Shown in pieces: positions 41,858-53,322 of a stretch of 54,255 bases of DNA (position 1 is the stretch's first letter; every line of letters begins with the position of its first letter). The stretch is from assembly GCA_010029945.1 (NCBI GenBank), contig RGQW01000001.1, positions 1 through 54,255 of the forward strand. The letters run 5' to 3'. The notes beneath the pieces were generated by a model. That model saw only the letters and a program-made list of their open reading frames with translations, was not told the origin of the DNA and made no database searches. Source of the stretch: Actinomycetota bacterium. Its GTDB lineage: Bacteria; Actinomycetota; Actinomycetes; S36-B12. Both the position numbers and the translations under genes were made by a program.

Positions 41858-43312
41858 TTACACGGTGAGGGGCCGCGCCGATGCTCGAATGGGAGACGGA
41901 AGGTTCGTGTCACCGGTCAAGTACCGATCGACGCTCGCGGCGGCCGCGCGACCTTCCGCAATCGCCCACACGATCAAGGACTGGCCTCGGCCCGCATCCC
42001 CGGCGACGAAGACTCCGTCCAATTCGGTCGCGTACTCGTCTGTCCGCTCGATGGAGCCGCGCTCGGTGAGCGGGAGGCCGAACTGCTCCAGCAGTGGGCC
42101 CTGCTCTGGCCCGGTGAATCCCATAGCCAAGAAGACAGCGTCCGCGGGTATTGACCGCTCGGAGTCGGGCACCGGCTCGAAACGACCGTCGACGAACTCC
42201 ACCTCGGACAACTCCAAGCTACGAACGTGACCGTCGTCGTCCCCCACGAAGCGTTGCGTCGACACAGCGAAAATGCGCTCACCGCCCTCTTCGTGCGCAC
42301 TGCTGACCCGATACGTCATGGGGTAGGTCGGCCAGGGCTGGGCCTGCGGTCGCTCCTGGGGTGGGCGAGGCATGATCTCCAACTGCGTCACGCTTGCGGC
42401 TCCCTGGCGATGAGCGGTACCCAGACAGTCGGCACCGGTGTCGCCTCCCCCGATGATGACCACGTGCTGACCCTCAACGTCGATGGGTGATTCCTCGAAA
42501 TCGCCCTCTTGCACTCGGTTCGCGGGAGGCAGGTACTCCATTGCTTGGTAGATACCGGTCAACTCCCGACCTTCGATGGGTAGGTCACGCCAGGCTGTCG
42601 CACCGGTCGCGATGACGATTGCGTCATAGCGACGCCGCAGGTCGGCGACCGTGATGTCCACTCCCACTTCTACGTTCGGCCGAAACTTCACTCCCTCGGC
42701 TTCCATCTGCGCGAGTCGCTGATCGACGTGGTGCTTTTCCATCTTGAACTCAGGGATTCCGTAACGCAGCAGACCCCCGATCCTGTCCGACCTCTCGTAC
42801 ACAGCGACCGTGTGGCCTGCGCGCGCCAACTGCTGTGCAGCCGCAAGTCCGGCGGGTCCGGATCCGATCACTGCGACCGTGTGGCCGGTCAATGACTCCG
42901 GCGGCTGCGGTGTGATCCACCCGGCCTCCCAGGCCCGGTCGACGATGGCCACTTCGACCTGCTTGATGGTGACGGGATCGGCGTTGATGCCCAGTACGCA
43001 GGCCGCTTCGCACGGCGCCGGACACAGTCGTCCGGTGAATTCTGGAAAGTTGTTGGTGGCGTGCAGCCTTTCGATGGCTTGACCCCAGTCACGGTCGTAG
43101 ATGAGGTCATTCCATTCCGGGATGAGGTTGCCCAGTGGACACCCTTGGTGGCAGAAGGGAATACCGCAGTCCATGCAGCGCCCCGCCTGCTTTTCCAGAC
43201 TCCGAGCATCGAAGTCTTGGTAGACCTCCTGCCAATCTTGAATGCGAACATCGACCGGGCGCCGTTCGGGAAGCTGGCGGTCGGTGGTCAAGAAACCTCG
43301 TGGATCAGCCAT
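41858..43312 (-). CDS. gltD: Glutamate synthase small subunit
   Basis: [39 protein letters not shown]. Confidence 0.98.
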   Translation of the reverse strand: MADPRGFLTTDRQLPERRPVDVRIQDWQEVYQDFDARSLEKQAGRCMDCGIPFCHQGCPLGNLIPEWNDLIYDRDWGQAIERLHATNNFPEFTGRLCPAPCEAACVLGINADPVTIKQVEVAIVDRAWEAGWITPQPPESLTGHTVAVIGSGPAGLAAAQQLARAGHTVAVYERSDRIGGLLRYGIPEFKMEKHHVDQRLAQMEAEGVKFRPNVEVGVDITVADLRRRYDAIVIATGATAWRDLPIEGRELTGIYQAMEYLPPANRVQEGDFEESPIDVEGQHVVIIGGGDTGADCLGTAHRQGAASVTQLEIMPRPPQERPQAQPWPTYPMTYRVSSAHEEGGERIFAVSTQRFVGDDDGHVRSLELSEVEFVDGRFEPVPDSERSIPADAVFLAMGFTGPEQGPLLEQFGLPLTERGSIERTDEYATELDGVFVAGDAGRGQSLIVWAIAEGRAAAASVDRYLTGDTNLPSPIRASARPLTV

Positions 43313-46300
43313 TGCCGCCTCCCATCACTGCCAGCACGGGGTCTTCTCCCCTGGCTATCGCCTCCTCGCGCAAACGCAACACCCGTTTGAAGTCTTGCGG
43401 CATGACCTTGGTGAACCGCTGGCGGCTATGGGCCCAGTCCTCGAGCAATCGAGCTCCCACGGCCGACTCCGTCTCCTCGACGTGCCGCTGGATCAACGAG
43501 CGCAGTTCATCTTCGTCCTGGGCGCTCAGCGGATCGAGATCCACCATTTCCGGATTCACTCGGCTCACGTTCAAATCGAGTATGTAGCCAATCCCGCCGG
43601 ACATCCCGGCCCCGACGTTGCGGCCCACCGGTCCGAGGATCACCGCGATGCCGCCGGTCATGTACTCCAGAGCGTGGTCACCGACCCCCTCGACGACAGC
43701 GTGGACGCCGGAGTTCCGCACGCAGAACCGTTCGCCCACCTGTCCGCGGATGAAGATCTCACCACTCGTCGCTCCGTACGCGATCACGTTGCCGGCGATG
43801 ATGTTGTCCTCGGCGACGAAGGGGGCGCCGCGGTCGGGCCGGATGATGAGTCGACCACCTGAAAGGCCCTTACCGAGGTAGTCGTTCGCGTCGCCCTCGA
43901 GTCGAAGGGTCACACCTGCGGGAACGAAGGCGCCGAAACTTTGACCGGCGGATCCTTGGAAGGTGATGTCGATCGTTCCGTCCGGCAAACCGTCGCCGCC
44001 GTGTAGGCGCGTCACTTCCGACCCGAGCATGGTTCCTACCGTTCGGTTCACGTTTCGAATGGCGACATTGGCCCGGACAGGTTCACGTGAGTCAAGGGCC
44101 GGGCGGCAAATCTCGATGAGTTCTTGATCCAGGGCCTTGTCCAGGCCGTGGTCCTGCTCGACGATCTTCCGACGCGCCTCACCGTCCGGAACATCGGGCA
44201 CGTGAAGGATCGGAGCAAGGTCGAGTCCGTCCGCCTTCCAGTGATCGATAGCCCGCCGCATGTCGAGAACTTCGGCGTGTCCGATGGCTTCATCGAGGCT
44301 TCGGAAACCGAGTTCGGCGAGATACTCACGTACTTCCTGGGCGATGAATTCGAAGAAGTTGACGACGAATTCGGGCGATCCCTGGAACCGCTCGCGCAAG
44401 ACGGGGTTTTGCGTTGCGATGCCCACCGGGCAGGTGTCCAGATGACACACGCGCATCATCACGCACCCCATGACCACCAACGGTGCCGTCGCGAACCCGT
44501 ACTCCTCAGCGCCGAGAAGGGCGGCGATCACGACGTCGCGTCCGGTTTTGAGCTGTCCGTCCGCCTGGACGACCACACGATCGCGAAGGCCGTTGAGCAG
44601 CAGGGTTTGCTGCGTTTCCGCCAAGCCCAACTCCCAGGGTGCGCCCGCGTGCTTGAGCGATGTCAGCGGTGATGCGCCCGTCCCTCCGTCATGGCCGGAG
44701 ATCAGAACGACGTCGGCATGGGCTTTGGAGACACCTGCGGCAACGGTTCCAACACCGACCTCCGCCACCAGCTTCACGTGCACACGTGCCCGAGGATTCG
44801 CGTTCTTCAGATCGTGGATCAGTTGCGCGAGGTCCTCGATGGAGTAGATGTCGTGGTGCGGAGGCGGGGAGATCAGCCCGACGCCGGGAGTGGAGTGTCG
44901 GGTCTTGGCAATCCACGGATAGACCTTGTGGCCGGGAAGCTGTCCGCCTTCACCCGGCTTCGCTCCTTGCGCCATCTTGATCTGGATGTCGTCGCTGTTG
45001 ACAAGGTATTCACTGGTGACACCGAAGCGCCCCGATGCAACCTGCTTGATGGCGGAACGCTTCGAGTCGCCATTGTCCATCGGAACGAAACGCTCGGGGT
45101 CTTCTCCGCCTTCTCCAGTGTTCGACTTTCCACCGAGGCGGTTCATCGCTATCGCCAGAGTTTCGTGCGCCTCTGCGGAGATGGACCCGTAGGACATGGC
45201 TCCGGTGCTGAATCGGGACACGATCGATTCGATCGATTCGACTTCATCGAGGGGAACCGATTCCCGAGCACCATCGCGGAAGGCGAACAATCCGCGCAGC
45301 GTCATCAAGCGCTCGGCTTGTTCATTGACGCCCTGGGTGTATTCCCGGAATATGTCGAAGCGCTTCGCCCGCGTCGCGTGCTGGAGCCGGAAGACGGTTT
45401 CCGGATCGAACAGATGCGGCTCCCCGTCGCGTCGCCACTGGTACTCTCCACCGTCGGTCAAGACACGATGAGCGGGAGAGATTCCCGACGGTGGATACGC
45501 CGTCGCATGCCGACGGGCGACCTCCTCCGCGATGACGTCGAGTCCAACCCCGCCGAGCTTGGTCACCGTTCCGGTGAAGTAGCTATCGACGAGTTCTTGG
45601 GAAAGCCCGATGGCTTCGAAGATCTGCGCCCCGCGATAGGACGCGACCGTGGAGACGCCCATCTTGGACATCACCTTCAACAGTCCCTTGCCCATGGCCT
45701 TGATGTAGTTGCGGACCGCCTTCTCCACGCCCATGCCGTCGAGCACGTGCCGGTGAACGAGATCTTCGACGGTCTCCAACGCCAAATACGGGTTAATCGC
45801 CGCCGCGCCGTAGCCCACGAGAAGTGCCACGTGGTGGACTTCGCGCACGTCACCGGCCTCGACCAGCAGGCTGATCTGGCTGCGCGTCTTGGTTCGCACC
45901 AGGTGATGGTGAACGGCGGCGCACAACAGCAGCGAAGGAATCGGCGCCTGCTGGGCGTTGCTTTCCCGGTCGGACAGGACGATGAAGCGCTTGCCCTGGC
46001 GGATCAAAGCATCCACCTCGTTGAAGATCTCCGCGAGTCGCTTCTCGAGAGCGACTCCCCCACCGGCCACCGGATACAGCCCCGTCACGCGCGCTGCAGC
46101 GAACTCCGGAAGTGTGCCGTCCGCATTGATGTGCAGAATCTTTGCGAGTTCGTCGTTGTCGATCACCGGGAACGGTAGGAGCACCTGGCGGCAATGGCCG
46201 GGCTGAGATTCCAACAAGTTGCCTTCGGGCCCGATGAGGCTCGCCAGGCTGGTGACGATTTCTTCACGAATAGCGTCCAACGGCGGGTTGGTCACCTGCG

Positions 46301-47849
46301 CGAAAAGTTGGCTGAAGTAGTCGAACAACAGACGCGGTCGATTCGACAGCGCCGCGATCGGAGTGTCGGTGCCCATGGAGCCGATCGGTTCCGCGCCGGC
46401 GCGCGCCATCGGCTCCATGATCACCCGGAGTTCTTCCTGGCTATACCCGAAGGTTTGCTGCCGACGCGCAACAGATTCGTGGGTGTGCACGATGTGCTCT
46501 CGTTCGGGCAGTTCCTCCAGGTGGATGATGCCGGTGTCCAGCCACTCGTCGTACGGCAATTCGGCCGCGAGTTCAGCCTTGATCTCGTCGTCTTCGATGA
46601 TGCGGCCCGCGGCGGTGTCAACGAGGAACATGCGACCTGGTTGAAGGCGTCCCTTACGCACGACCGTTTGAGGGTCGATATCCAGCACGCCAGCCTCGGA
46701 CGCCAACACCACTAAGCCCTCGTCGGTGACCCAGAATCGACCCGGTCGAAGGCCGTTGCGGTCGAGGACGGCACCGATCTGGGTTCCGTCGGTGAAGCAG
46801 ACGTTGGCGGGGCCGTCCCACGGCTCCATGAGCGTCGCGTAGAACTCGTAGAACGCCCGTCGACGTGGATCCATGTCGGGGTTGTTCTCCCAGGCTTCGG
46901 GAATCATCATCAAAACGGCCTGTGGGAGCGAGCGGCCACCGAGGTGGAGCAGTTCCAGGACTTCGTCGAAGCTGGCTGAGTCGCTGGCCCCGGGGGTGCA
47001 GATCGGCGACAGGCGAGTGAGGTCGCCGGAGAGAACATCGCTGGTGAGCATGGCTTCGCGGGTGGTCATCCAGTTCCGATTTCCCGCCACGGTGTTGATC
47101 TCGCCGTTGTGAGCGATCAACCGGTACGGGTGCGCCAGCGGCCACGACGGGAACGTGTTCGTGGAGAAACGTGAGTGAACGAGGGCCAAGGTCGATGCGA
47201 TGTCGACTTCGCTCAAGTCCGGGTAGAACGGTGTGAGTTGGTCCGTGGTCAACATGCCCTTGTAGACCATGGTGCGAGAAGACAGCGACGCGAAGTAGAC
47301 GCCCAACTCGTTCTCCACCCGCTTGCGCAACGCGTACACGCGCCGGTCGAGGTCGAGTCCGAAGGTGGCATTGCGGGCGTCCACGGCGAAGATCTGCCAG
47401 AAGTCCGGCATGCACTCTCGAGCCGTCACGCCGACCAGAGATGGATCGGTCGGCACGTGCCGCCAACCGAGGATCTCGATCTCTTCGTCGCGGGCGATCT
47501 CGTCGATCTGCGCCATCAGCACGTCGCGCGTAGGACCGTCCGTAGGAAGGAATCCGATACCCGTGGCGTAGGCACCGGGCTCGGGTAGTTCGATCTCGCT
47601 TACCCGACGCAACAGGGCATCGGGCACCTGGATCAGGATTCCCGCTCCGTCGCCGCTGTCGGGCTCACTTCCCGACGCTCCCCGGTGTTCCAGATTCTCC
47701 AGTGCCGTCAGTGCTTGCTTGACGACGTCGTTGGAAGGGACACCGCTCAGGGTCGCCACCAATGCGACACCGCAGGCGTCGCGCTCGAATTGCGGGTCAT
47801 ACAAGCCTTGCCGGGCCGGAGTGGTGGCGTATCCGTCGAGGAGAGACAC
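43305..47849 (-). CDS. gltB: Glutamate synthase large subunit
   Basis: [42 protein letters not shown]. Start probably GTG 47849 (SD AAGGA, 6-nt spacer). Confidence 0.98.
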   Translation of the reverse strand: MSLLDGYATTPARQGLYDPQFERDACGVALVATLSGVPSNDVVKQALTALENLEHRGASGSEPDSGDGAGILIQVPDALLRRVSEIELPEPGAYATGIGFLPTDGPTRDVLMAQIDEIARDEEIEILGWRHVPTDPSLVGVTARECMPDFWQIFAVDARNATFGLDLDRRVYALRKRVENELGVYFASLSSRTMVYKGMLTTDQLTPFYPDLSEVDIASTLALVHSRFSTNTFPSWPLAHPYRLIAHNGEINTVAGNRNWMTTREAMLTSDVLSGDLTRLSPICTPGASDSASFDEVLELLHLGGRSLPQAVLMMIPEAWENNPDMDPRRRAFYEFYATLMEPWDGPANVCFTDGTQIGAVLDRNGLRPGRFWVTDEGLVVLASEAGVLDIDPQTVVRKGRLQPGRMFLVDTAAGRIIEDDEIKAELAAELPYDEWLDTGIIHLEELPEREHIVHTHESVARRQQTFGYSQEELRVIMEPMARAGAEPIGSMGTDTPIAALSNRPRLLFDYFSQLFAQVTNPPLDAIREEIVTSLASLIGPEGNLLESQPGHCRQVLLPFPVIDNDELAKILHINADGTLPEFAAARVTGLYPVAGGGVALEKRLAEIFNEVDALIRQGKRFIVLSDRESNAQQAPIPSLLLCAAVHHHLVRTKTRSQISLLVEAGDVREVHHVALLVGYGAAAINPYLALETVEDLVHRHVLDGMGVEKAVRNYIKAMGKGLLKVMSKMGVSTVASYRGAQIFEAIGLSQELVDSYFTGTVTKLGGVGLDVIAEEVARRHATAYPPSGISPAHRVLTDGGEYQWRRDGEPHLFDPETVFRLQHATRAKRFDIFREYTQGVNEQAERLMTLRGLFAFRDGARESVPLDEVESIESIVSRFSTGAMSYGSISAEAHETLAIAMNRLGGKSNTGEGGEDPERFVPMDNGDSKRSAIKQVASGRFGVTSEYLVNSDDIQIKMAQGAKPGEGGQLPGHKVYPWIAKTRHSTPGVGLISPPPHHDIYSIEDLAQLIHDLKNANPRARVHVKLVAEVGVGTVAAGVSKAHADVVLISGHDGGTGASPLTSLKHAGAPWELGLAETQQTLLLNGLRDRVVVQADGQLKTGRDVVIAALLGAEEYGFATAPLVVMGCVMMRVCHLDTCPVGIATQNPVLRERFQGSPEFVVNFFEFIAQEVREYLAELGFRSLDEAIGHAEVLDMRRAIDHWKADGLDLAPILHVPDVPDGEARRKIVEQDHGLDKALDQELIEICRPALDSREPVRANVAIRNVNRTVGTMLGSEVTRLHGGDGLPDGTIDITFQGSAGQSFGAFVPAGVTLRLEGDANDYLGKGLSGGRLIIRPDRGAPFVAEDNIIAGNVIAYGATSGEIFIRGQVGERFCVRNSGVHAVVEGVGDHALEYMTGGIAVILGPVGRNVGAGMSGGIGYILDLNVSRVNPEMVDLDPLSAQDEDELRSLIQRHVEETESAVGARLLEDWAHSRQRFTKVMPQDFKRVLRLREEAIARGEDPVLAVMGGGNG

Positions 47850-47855
47850 AGGCAT

Positions 47856-47963
47856 TCCTTCGTCGTCGGTGGATGAAACCGCCCGCATCACGGCAGTAGC
47901 GGCCGGCTGCGGAGGTGGTGGTGTGGCGGTTCGGGACGACGTTGGCCCGGATCGAAAAGTCTA
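47856..47963 (-). promoter_or_regulatory. Promoter and nested structured leader of gltB
   Basis: -10 TAGACT at 47958-47963. Helices 47935-47941/47861-47867, 47925-47932/47876-47883, 47908-47911/47884-47887, 47902-47905/47891-47894. Confidence 0.6.
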
Positions 47964-49028
47964 CGGGGTTGTCGTCGCGGTGTCGTCTGGACCAGGCTCC
48001 GGAGTGTCCGACTTTTCCGATTTTTCCTGCATTTGTGACATTTGACTCACGGGAGCCTGGTCGTCAGAGTCATCGGAAGTCTCGGAAGTCTCGGAGACCC
48101 CGGCTTCACCGTGGTTCTCGTCGTTCTCGTCGTTCTCGTCGTTCTTATCGTCCGCGTCAGTCGCGTCGCTCGACGCCGCACTCAGGTCCTCTCGCCCCGG
48201 CCGGGATCTCGCCGACAGCACCAGATACACGGCGGCGCCGATCCCCACGATGACCGACGTCCACACGTTCAACCGCAGCCCGGCCACGGTGTTGACCGGG
48301 TCGATTCTTAAGGTTTCGATCCAGGCCCGACCGATCGTGTACAGCAGCACGTACAGGGCGAAGACGCGCCCGTGGCCCATCGTGAACCGGCGATCCGCCC
48401 AGATGACGATGAGGGCAACCCCGACCAGCCACAGCGACTCATACAAAAACGTGGGGTGGAAAGTTTCAAAGGCCTCGTAGCCCACCGGCCGGTTTTCCGG
48501 CGCGATCTCCAGCCCCCAGGGCAGCGTCGTAGGTTGCCCGAACAGTTCCTGGTTGAACCAGTTGCCCCATCGACCGATTGCCTGGGCGAGCGCGATGCCG
48601 GGAGCGATCGCGTCTGCGATCGGAGGGAGAGCGACGTGTCGCCGTCGCGCACCGATCCACGCACCCAACGCACCGAGAGCAACGGCGCCCCAGATTCCCA
48701 AGCCTCCATCCCAGATGCGAAAAGCCGCAGCTACTCCCCGGCCGTCGGTGCCGAAGTAGATCTGCCAGTCACTGGCAACGTGATAGAGACGGCCGCCGAT
48801 GATGCCGAAGGGCACCGCCCACAGTGCGATGTCGGTGATCAGGCCTGGCTCTCCGCCGCGAGCAACGTAGCGGCGATTACCGAGCCAAATGGCAACGACG
48901 ATGCCGGCGATGATCGCCAGCGCGTAGGCGCGTAGCGGAATCGGACCCAGGTACCACGTCCCCTGGTCGGGACTGGGAATCGACGCCACGACCTGCGTGG
49001 TGATCGTCGCTATCGCACTCCCGCTCAT
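47961..49028 (-). CDS. lgt: Prolipoprotein diacylglyceryl transferase with acidic low-complexity tail
   Basis: GGRLYHV, WDGGLGIWG, AQAIGRWGNWFNQE, HPTFLYE, IETLRID. Confidence 0.96.
   Translation of the reverse strand: MSGSAIATITTQVVASIPSPDQGTWYLGPIPLRAYALAIIAGIVVAIWLGNRRYVARGGEPGLITDIALWAVPFGIIGGRLYHVASDWQIYFGTDGRGVAAAFRIWDGGLGIWGAVALGALGAWIGARRRHVALPPIADAIAPGIALAQAIGRWGNWFNQELFGQPTTLPWGLEIAPENRPVGYEAFETFHPTFLYESLWLVGVALIVIWADRRFTMGHGRVFALYVLLYTIGRAWIETLRIDPVNTVAGLRLNVWTSVIVGIGAAVYLVLSARSRPGREDLSAASSDATDADDKNDENDENDENHGEAGVSETSETSDDSDDQAPVSQMSQMQEKSEKSDTPEPGPDDTATTTP
48114..48145. repeat. 9-bp tandem repeat (GTTCTCGTC x3 plus partial) encoding DEN repeats in the Lgt tail
   Basis: Read directly; neighbouring SET/SDD, SQM and EKS tripeptide repeats. 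Confidence 0.85.
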
Positions 49029-49044
49029 CGTTCCGTCACCGGCG

Positions 49045-49845
49045 CTAGTTGCCGGCGGCCTCGGTCAGCGCGGCGAGCAACGACGCTTGATCCGCCAACG
49101 ACTGTGTGGGGATTTCCACTCCGTCGATCTTGCCGAAGGGGGTTCCCGCTACTCCTTGGTCATAGAACTCCTGGGTTGAGTTCGCGGCCCACACTCGGTA
49201 GGTCTCGTCGTCGACGCACGCGGAGAAACTCTCGAGCGTGGCCCCACTCATGCCGATGCCTTCGGCTATCGAGACGAGTTCGGAGTTCGACCAACCGTCT
49301 CCCTCTTCCTCGGGTTGATTGGCGTAGACGGCGTCGTGGTACTCGCGCGTGAATCCCTCGTCGATCGCACAACCCCACGCGCCGATGGCGCGGTTGGAGG
49401 CATCGTTTCCGAGGTTGCGGTCCAGGAACGCGGTAGGACGCCAAATGACCCGCGCGATGCCGGTCTCGGCTGCTTCGGCGATGCCCTCGCCGTTCGCTTC
49501 TTCGAGTGAGCCGCAGGCAGGACACTGGAAGTCTTCCCACAGTTCGAGAACAGGGGCGTCGTCCCCGGCGGTTCCGTAGGGAACCCCGTACGCCCATTCG
49601 CTGTCGGCTCCAAGGACACCGTCGGGAACCGGAGCGCTGGGGTCCGCTTCAATCACATCGATGGCGTTCGCGTTGTCGTCTGCATTGCGCGCGACGACGG
49701 CGACTCCGATGATTCCGGCGACGACGGCGAGGACGGCAACGGCCCCGATGATGCGCACGGTCCGCTCCCGGCGCTTCTCCCCCGCCTGAGCTTCCGCCCG
49801 AGCGGCAGCCGCCCGGTCGCGCCGTTCTCTACTTCCCGCTGCCAT
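49045..49845 (-). CDS. Membrane-anchored DsbA/thioredoxin-fold protein
   Basis: Basic N-terminus and TM helix, EDFQCPAC, GVAGTP; SD GGAG before ATG 49845. Confidence 0.88.
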   Translation of the reverse strand: MAAGSRERRDRAAAARAEAQAGEKRRERTVRIIGAVAVLAVVAGIIGVAVVARNADDNANAIDVIEADPSAPVPDGVLGADSEWAYGVPYGTAGDDAPVLELWEDFQCPACGSLEEANGEGIAEAAETGIARVIWRPTAFLDRNLGNDASNRAIGAWGCAIDEGFTREYHDAVYANQPEEEGDGWSNSELVSIAEGIGMSGATLESFSACVDDETYRVWAANSTQEFYDQGVAGTPFGKIDGVEIPTQSLADQASLLAALTEAAGN

Positions 49846-49918
49846 TACATCTCCGTTCGTGACCACAAGGAGCCTCGTCGGGCGCCGATCTCCAGAATAG
49901 TTTGCCTGTTCGACGTGC

Positions 49919-50746
49919 TCATGCGTCGGGCTCGGACAGGTGGGTTGATCGCCCAACCCCCGCGCGGAGCTCCGCAGCGAATCGACCCACCTCGGCCGTG
50001 GCCTCGGCACTTGATTCGGCATCGAGGACTCGCCGGATGAATGCTGAACCCACGATTACTCCATCTGCGTACCCGGCGATCGACTCTGCCTGTTCAGCAG
50101 AGGAGACACCCAAGCCGACACCGATCGGCTGGCGTGTGCGCTCGCGTACCCGACCCACGAGCTGCGGGGCTGCGTCACTCACCGTGTCGCGAGTCCCGGT
50201 TACTCCCATCGTGGATGCCGCGTAGACGAAACCGGTCGTCGCACCAGAGACGATGTCGATTCGCGCATCGGTCGATGACGGCGCCACGAGAAAGGTGCGG
50301 TCGATCCCCGCGGCCTCGGTCACCTCGATCCATGCATCGGCCTCTTCGGGCGTCAGGTCTGGCGTGATGACGCCGCTTCCGCCCGCCGCAGCAAGTTCGT
50401 CGGCGAACTTCTGCACTCCGAAACGCTCGATGGGATTCCAGTAGCTCATGACATACACCGCTTGATGCTCCGCCGGCGTCAGGCGGTCGACCACGCTCAG
50501 GACGTCAGCAGTCGTCACCCCCCGCTCGAGCGCGATTTCCACCGATTCCTGGATCGCGGGGCCGTCCATGAGTGGGTCGGAGTACGGGAGACCCACCTCC
50601 AACAGGTCGACACCGGAGTCGAGCATGGTTTGGAAGATCTCGACACTGTCATCGACCGTGGGGAACCCCGCCGGGAGGTAGCCGATGAGTGCTGATCGAT
50701 GCTGTGTCCGGGCGGCGTCGAAAACGGCCGCGGTCCGCGGATTCAC
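49919..50746 (-). CDS. trpA: Tryptophan synthase alpha chain
   Basis: [41 protein letters not shown] overlap with trpB. Confidence 0.97.
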   Translation of the reverse strand: MNPRTAAVFDAARTQHRSALIGYLPAGFPTVDDSVEIFQTMLDSGVDLLEVGLPYSDPLMDGPAIQESVEIALERGVTTADVLSVVDRLTPAEHQAVYVMSYWNPIERFGVQKFADELAAAGGSGVITPDLTPEEADAWIEVTEAAGIDRTFLVAPSSTDARIDIVSGATTGFVYAASTMGVTGTRDTVSDAAPQLVGRVRERTRQPIGVGLGVSSAEQAESIAGYADGVIVGSAFIRRVLDAESSAEATAEVGRFAAELRAGVGRSTHLSEPDA

Positions 50747-51960
50747 GTCGTGTCGATTCCAAACCAGCGAGCAGCAGTTTCCACGTCCTTGTCCCCTCGC
50801 CCGGACAGATTGATCACGATCACCGCATCCGGACCGAGCTCTCGACCCAGACGCATAGCCCCCGCGAGAGCATGCGCCGTTTCGATGGCCGGCAATATCC
50901 CTTCGGTGCGACTCACGATCGAGAACGCTTCCATCGCTTCGGCGTCCGTCACCGGCTCGTAGGTGGCCCGACCCGAGTCGTGCAGCCACGCGTGCTCGGG
51001 GCCCACGCCGGGGTAATCCAGTCCGGCACTGATCGAATGTGACGGGATGGTTTGGCCCCACTCATCCTGCATGACGTACGTGCGCGCACCGTGCAGAACG
51101 CCCGGCGCACCCATGGCGAATCGCGCCGCGTGTCGACCGGATTCCACGCCTTCCCCACCAGCTTCGTAGCCGACCAAGCGCACCTCGGGATCATCGAGGA
51201 ACGCCGAGAACAAGCCCATCGCGTTGGACCCTCCGCCGACACACGCCACTGCTGCATCCGGCAACCGGCCCTCGATCTCGAGAATCTGCTCCCGCGTTTC
51301 ACGTCCGATGACGCTGTGGAAGTGCCGGACGATGCGCGGGAACGGTGATGGTCCCGTCACGGTTCCCAGCAGATAATGCGTTGTCGCGACGTTGGTGACC
51401 CAGTCACGCATCGCCTCGTTGATGGCGTCTTTGAGAGTCTGGCTTCCCGTTTCGACCGGGATGACGGTCGCGCCGAGCAATTGCATACGCGCGACGTTCA
51501 GCGCTTGCCGTTGGGTGTCTTCCTTGCCCATGTAGACGACACATTCCAACCCCATCAGTGCCGCGGCTGTCGCCGATGCGACTCCGTGTTGGCCGGCGCC
51601 TGTCTCGGCGATGATGCGCGTCTTGCCCATGCGGGCAGCCAACAGCGCCTGTCCGAGAACGTTGTTGATCTTGTGAGATCCCGTGTGGTTGAGGTCCTCT
51701 CGCTTGAAGTAGATGCGGGCCCCACCGCACTCGCGTTCAAAGCGCGCCGCTCGAGTCAACGGAGAGGGTCGTCCGGTGTAGTCCTTCTCCAGGTCCGCGA
51801 GTTCCCGGGCGAAGTCCGGATCGGCGCATGCAGCGTCGAAGGCTTCTTCCAGTTGATCGAGGGCAGCCATCAACGCTTCTGGAACGAAACGACCCCCGTA
51901 CGGGCCGAAATGACCCGGTGCTGACGAGCGAGCATCAACGGTGTCGGCAGAGGCAGTCAC
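50743..51960 (-). CDS. trpB: Tryptophan synthase beta chain
   Basis: [43 protein letters not shown]. Confidence 0.99.
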   Translation of the reverse strand: MTASADTVDARSSAPGHFGPYGGRFVPEALMAALDQLEEAFDAACADPDFARELADLEKDYTGRPSPLTRAARFERECGGARIYFKREDLNHTGSHKINNVLGQALLAARMGKTRIIAETGAGQHGVASATAAALMGLECVVYMGKEDTQRQALNVARMQLLGATVIPVETGSQTLKDAINEAMRDWVTNVATTHYLLGTVTGPSPFPRIVRHFHSVIGRETREQILEIEGRLPDAAVACVGGGSNAMGLFSAFLDDPEVRLVGYEAGGEGVESGRHAARFAMGAPGVLHGARTYVMQDEWGQTIPSHSISAGLDYPGVGPEHAWLHDSGRATYEPVTDAEAMEAFSIVSRTEGILPAIETAHALAGAMRLGRELGPDAVIVINLSGRGDKDVETAARWFGIDTT

Positions 51961-52775
51961 GAGGTCATCCTCCTGCCGTGACGCAGGGCGGGGTGCGCTC
52001 CTGCCGTGACGAGATCGTGGACCGCGAGGCGAGGATCCTTGCCGGTGACCAGGCTTTCGCCGACCAGGACGCCGTCCGCTCCCGCCTCGGCATAGGCGAT
52101 CAAGTCATGGGGCTCCCGAACACCCGATTCTGCGATCTTGATGCAGGTATCCGGGATCAGGTGCGCCACTCGCGCGAAGACGCCCCTGTCAACCTCCAGC
52201 GTGGTCAGGTCTCGGGCATTCACGCCGATGACGTCCGCACCCGCGTCCAGGGCACGGGCGATCTCCGTCTCGTCGTGCACCTCCACCAGTGGAGTCAACC
52301 CCAGACTTCGGGAGCGCTCGACGAGTGACACAAGAGCGTCCTGTTCGAGCGCGGCCACGATCAGCAGGACGAGGTCCGCGCCGTAGGCCCGTGCTTCCCA
52401 GAGTTGATAACTCCCGATGACGAAGTCTTTGCGCAACACCGGTACGTCGACGGCGGCACGCACCGATGCGAGGTCGTCCAGACTCCCTCCGAAGCGACGT
52501 TCCTCAGTCAAGACACTGATGCAGTGCGCTCCACCAGCTTCGTAGTCGCGAGCCAGAGCGGCCGGATCGGCGATCTCTGCCAGCGGTCCTCGACTCGGGC
52601 TTTCTCGCTTGACTTCGGCGATGACACATACGTCCTCATCGGTGAACATCGGGCGCGGATCTCTCGGTGTACTGGTCGTACTCGCGCGTTCCTTGACGTG
52701 CTCAAGGGGAACGCGTTGCATCCGCTGCGCCACGTCTTCGCGGACTCCGTCAAGGATGTCGTTGAGGACGTTCAT
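51957..52775 (-). CDS. trpC: Indole-3-glycerol phosphate synthase
   Basis: IAEVKR.SPS.G, ISVLTE, LRKDF, GVNARDL, AESG. Confidence 0.98.
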   Translation of the reverse strand: MNVLNDILDGVREDVAQRMQRVPLEHVKERASTTSTPRDPRPMFTDEDVCVIAEVKRESPSRGPLAEIADPAALARDYEAGGAHCISVLTEERRFGGSLDDLASVRAAVDVPVLRKDFVIGSYQLWEARAYGADLVLLIVAALEQDALVSLVERSRSLGLTPLVEVHDETEIARALDAGADVIGVNARDLTTLEVDRGVFARVAHLIPDTCIKIAESGVREPHDLIAYAEAGADGVLVGESLVTGKDPRLAVHDLVTAGAHPALRHGRRMTS

Positions 52776-52817
52776 AGCCCCACAGTACGCCCGGTGTCTG
52801 CGCTTGCAATCGGGGCT

Positions 52818-53276
52818 CTAACCCACCCCAGATCCCAGGTAGGGAACGAAGTTGCGCACCACACCAAAGATCAGCACGCCGATCAGCAGCCAGACCATGA
52901 GTCGAGATCGCCGTGCTTGCGTTGCAATATCGACGACCGGGCGCCGACCGGTCCACGATCGATAGGCCCAGACAGCGAAGGCGACGATCACGACCGGCCA
53001 AAAAATGATCAGCAGAATGTTGTGATCAGCCATCCCCGAGAGGTCGCCATAGAGCAGGTCGTAGGTACCACGCATGCCCCCGCACCCCGGACAGTCCAAA
53101 CCCAAAAAGATTTGGCTCGGGCACCCGGGGTAATGCCCGGGAACGTTCGGGTCCACAGCGCGCAGGTAGACGCCTGCTGCGAGAGCGGCAATTCCGGTGA
53201 TGAACACCGGCAGCATTCGCCGGCGTCGCGATCGCTCGTCGACCGCGACACGAGTCTGGTCATCGAGCGTCCCCAT
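52818..53276 (-). CDS. DUF2752 family membrane protein
   Basis: CP....GLDCPGCGG.R motif with TM helices and C-terminal F.VVRN; TACGAT 6 nt before ATG 53276. Confidence 0.85.
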   Translation of the reverse strand: MGTLDDQTRVAVDERSRRRRMLPVFITGIAALAAGVYLRAVDPNVPGHYPGCPSQIFLGLDCPGCGGMRGTYDLLYGDLSGMADHNILLIIFWPVVIVAFAVWAYRSWTGRRPVVDIATQARRSRLMVWLLIGVLIFGVVRNFVPYLGSGVG

Positions 53277-53322
53277 TCGTGAATCGTACGCCGTCATCCG
53301 AGCCCCGAGGGGCCGTCGAGCC

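Noticed and set aside
44691..46178. Long antisense ORFs (this 495-aa one; also 35622-36866, 11463-12521, 9445-10350, 38133-39065)
   Set aside because: They lie opposite well-supported genes and have no motifs; such shadow ORFs are expected in high-GC3 DNA.
49846..51061. Extended N-termini of the DsbA-like and trpA ORFs (likewise hisG, hisE, priA, fmt, rpoZ)
   Set aside because: Longest-ORF artefacts; SD, coupling or leaderless signals point to downstream starts.
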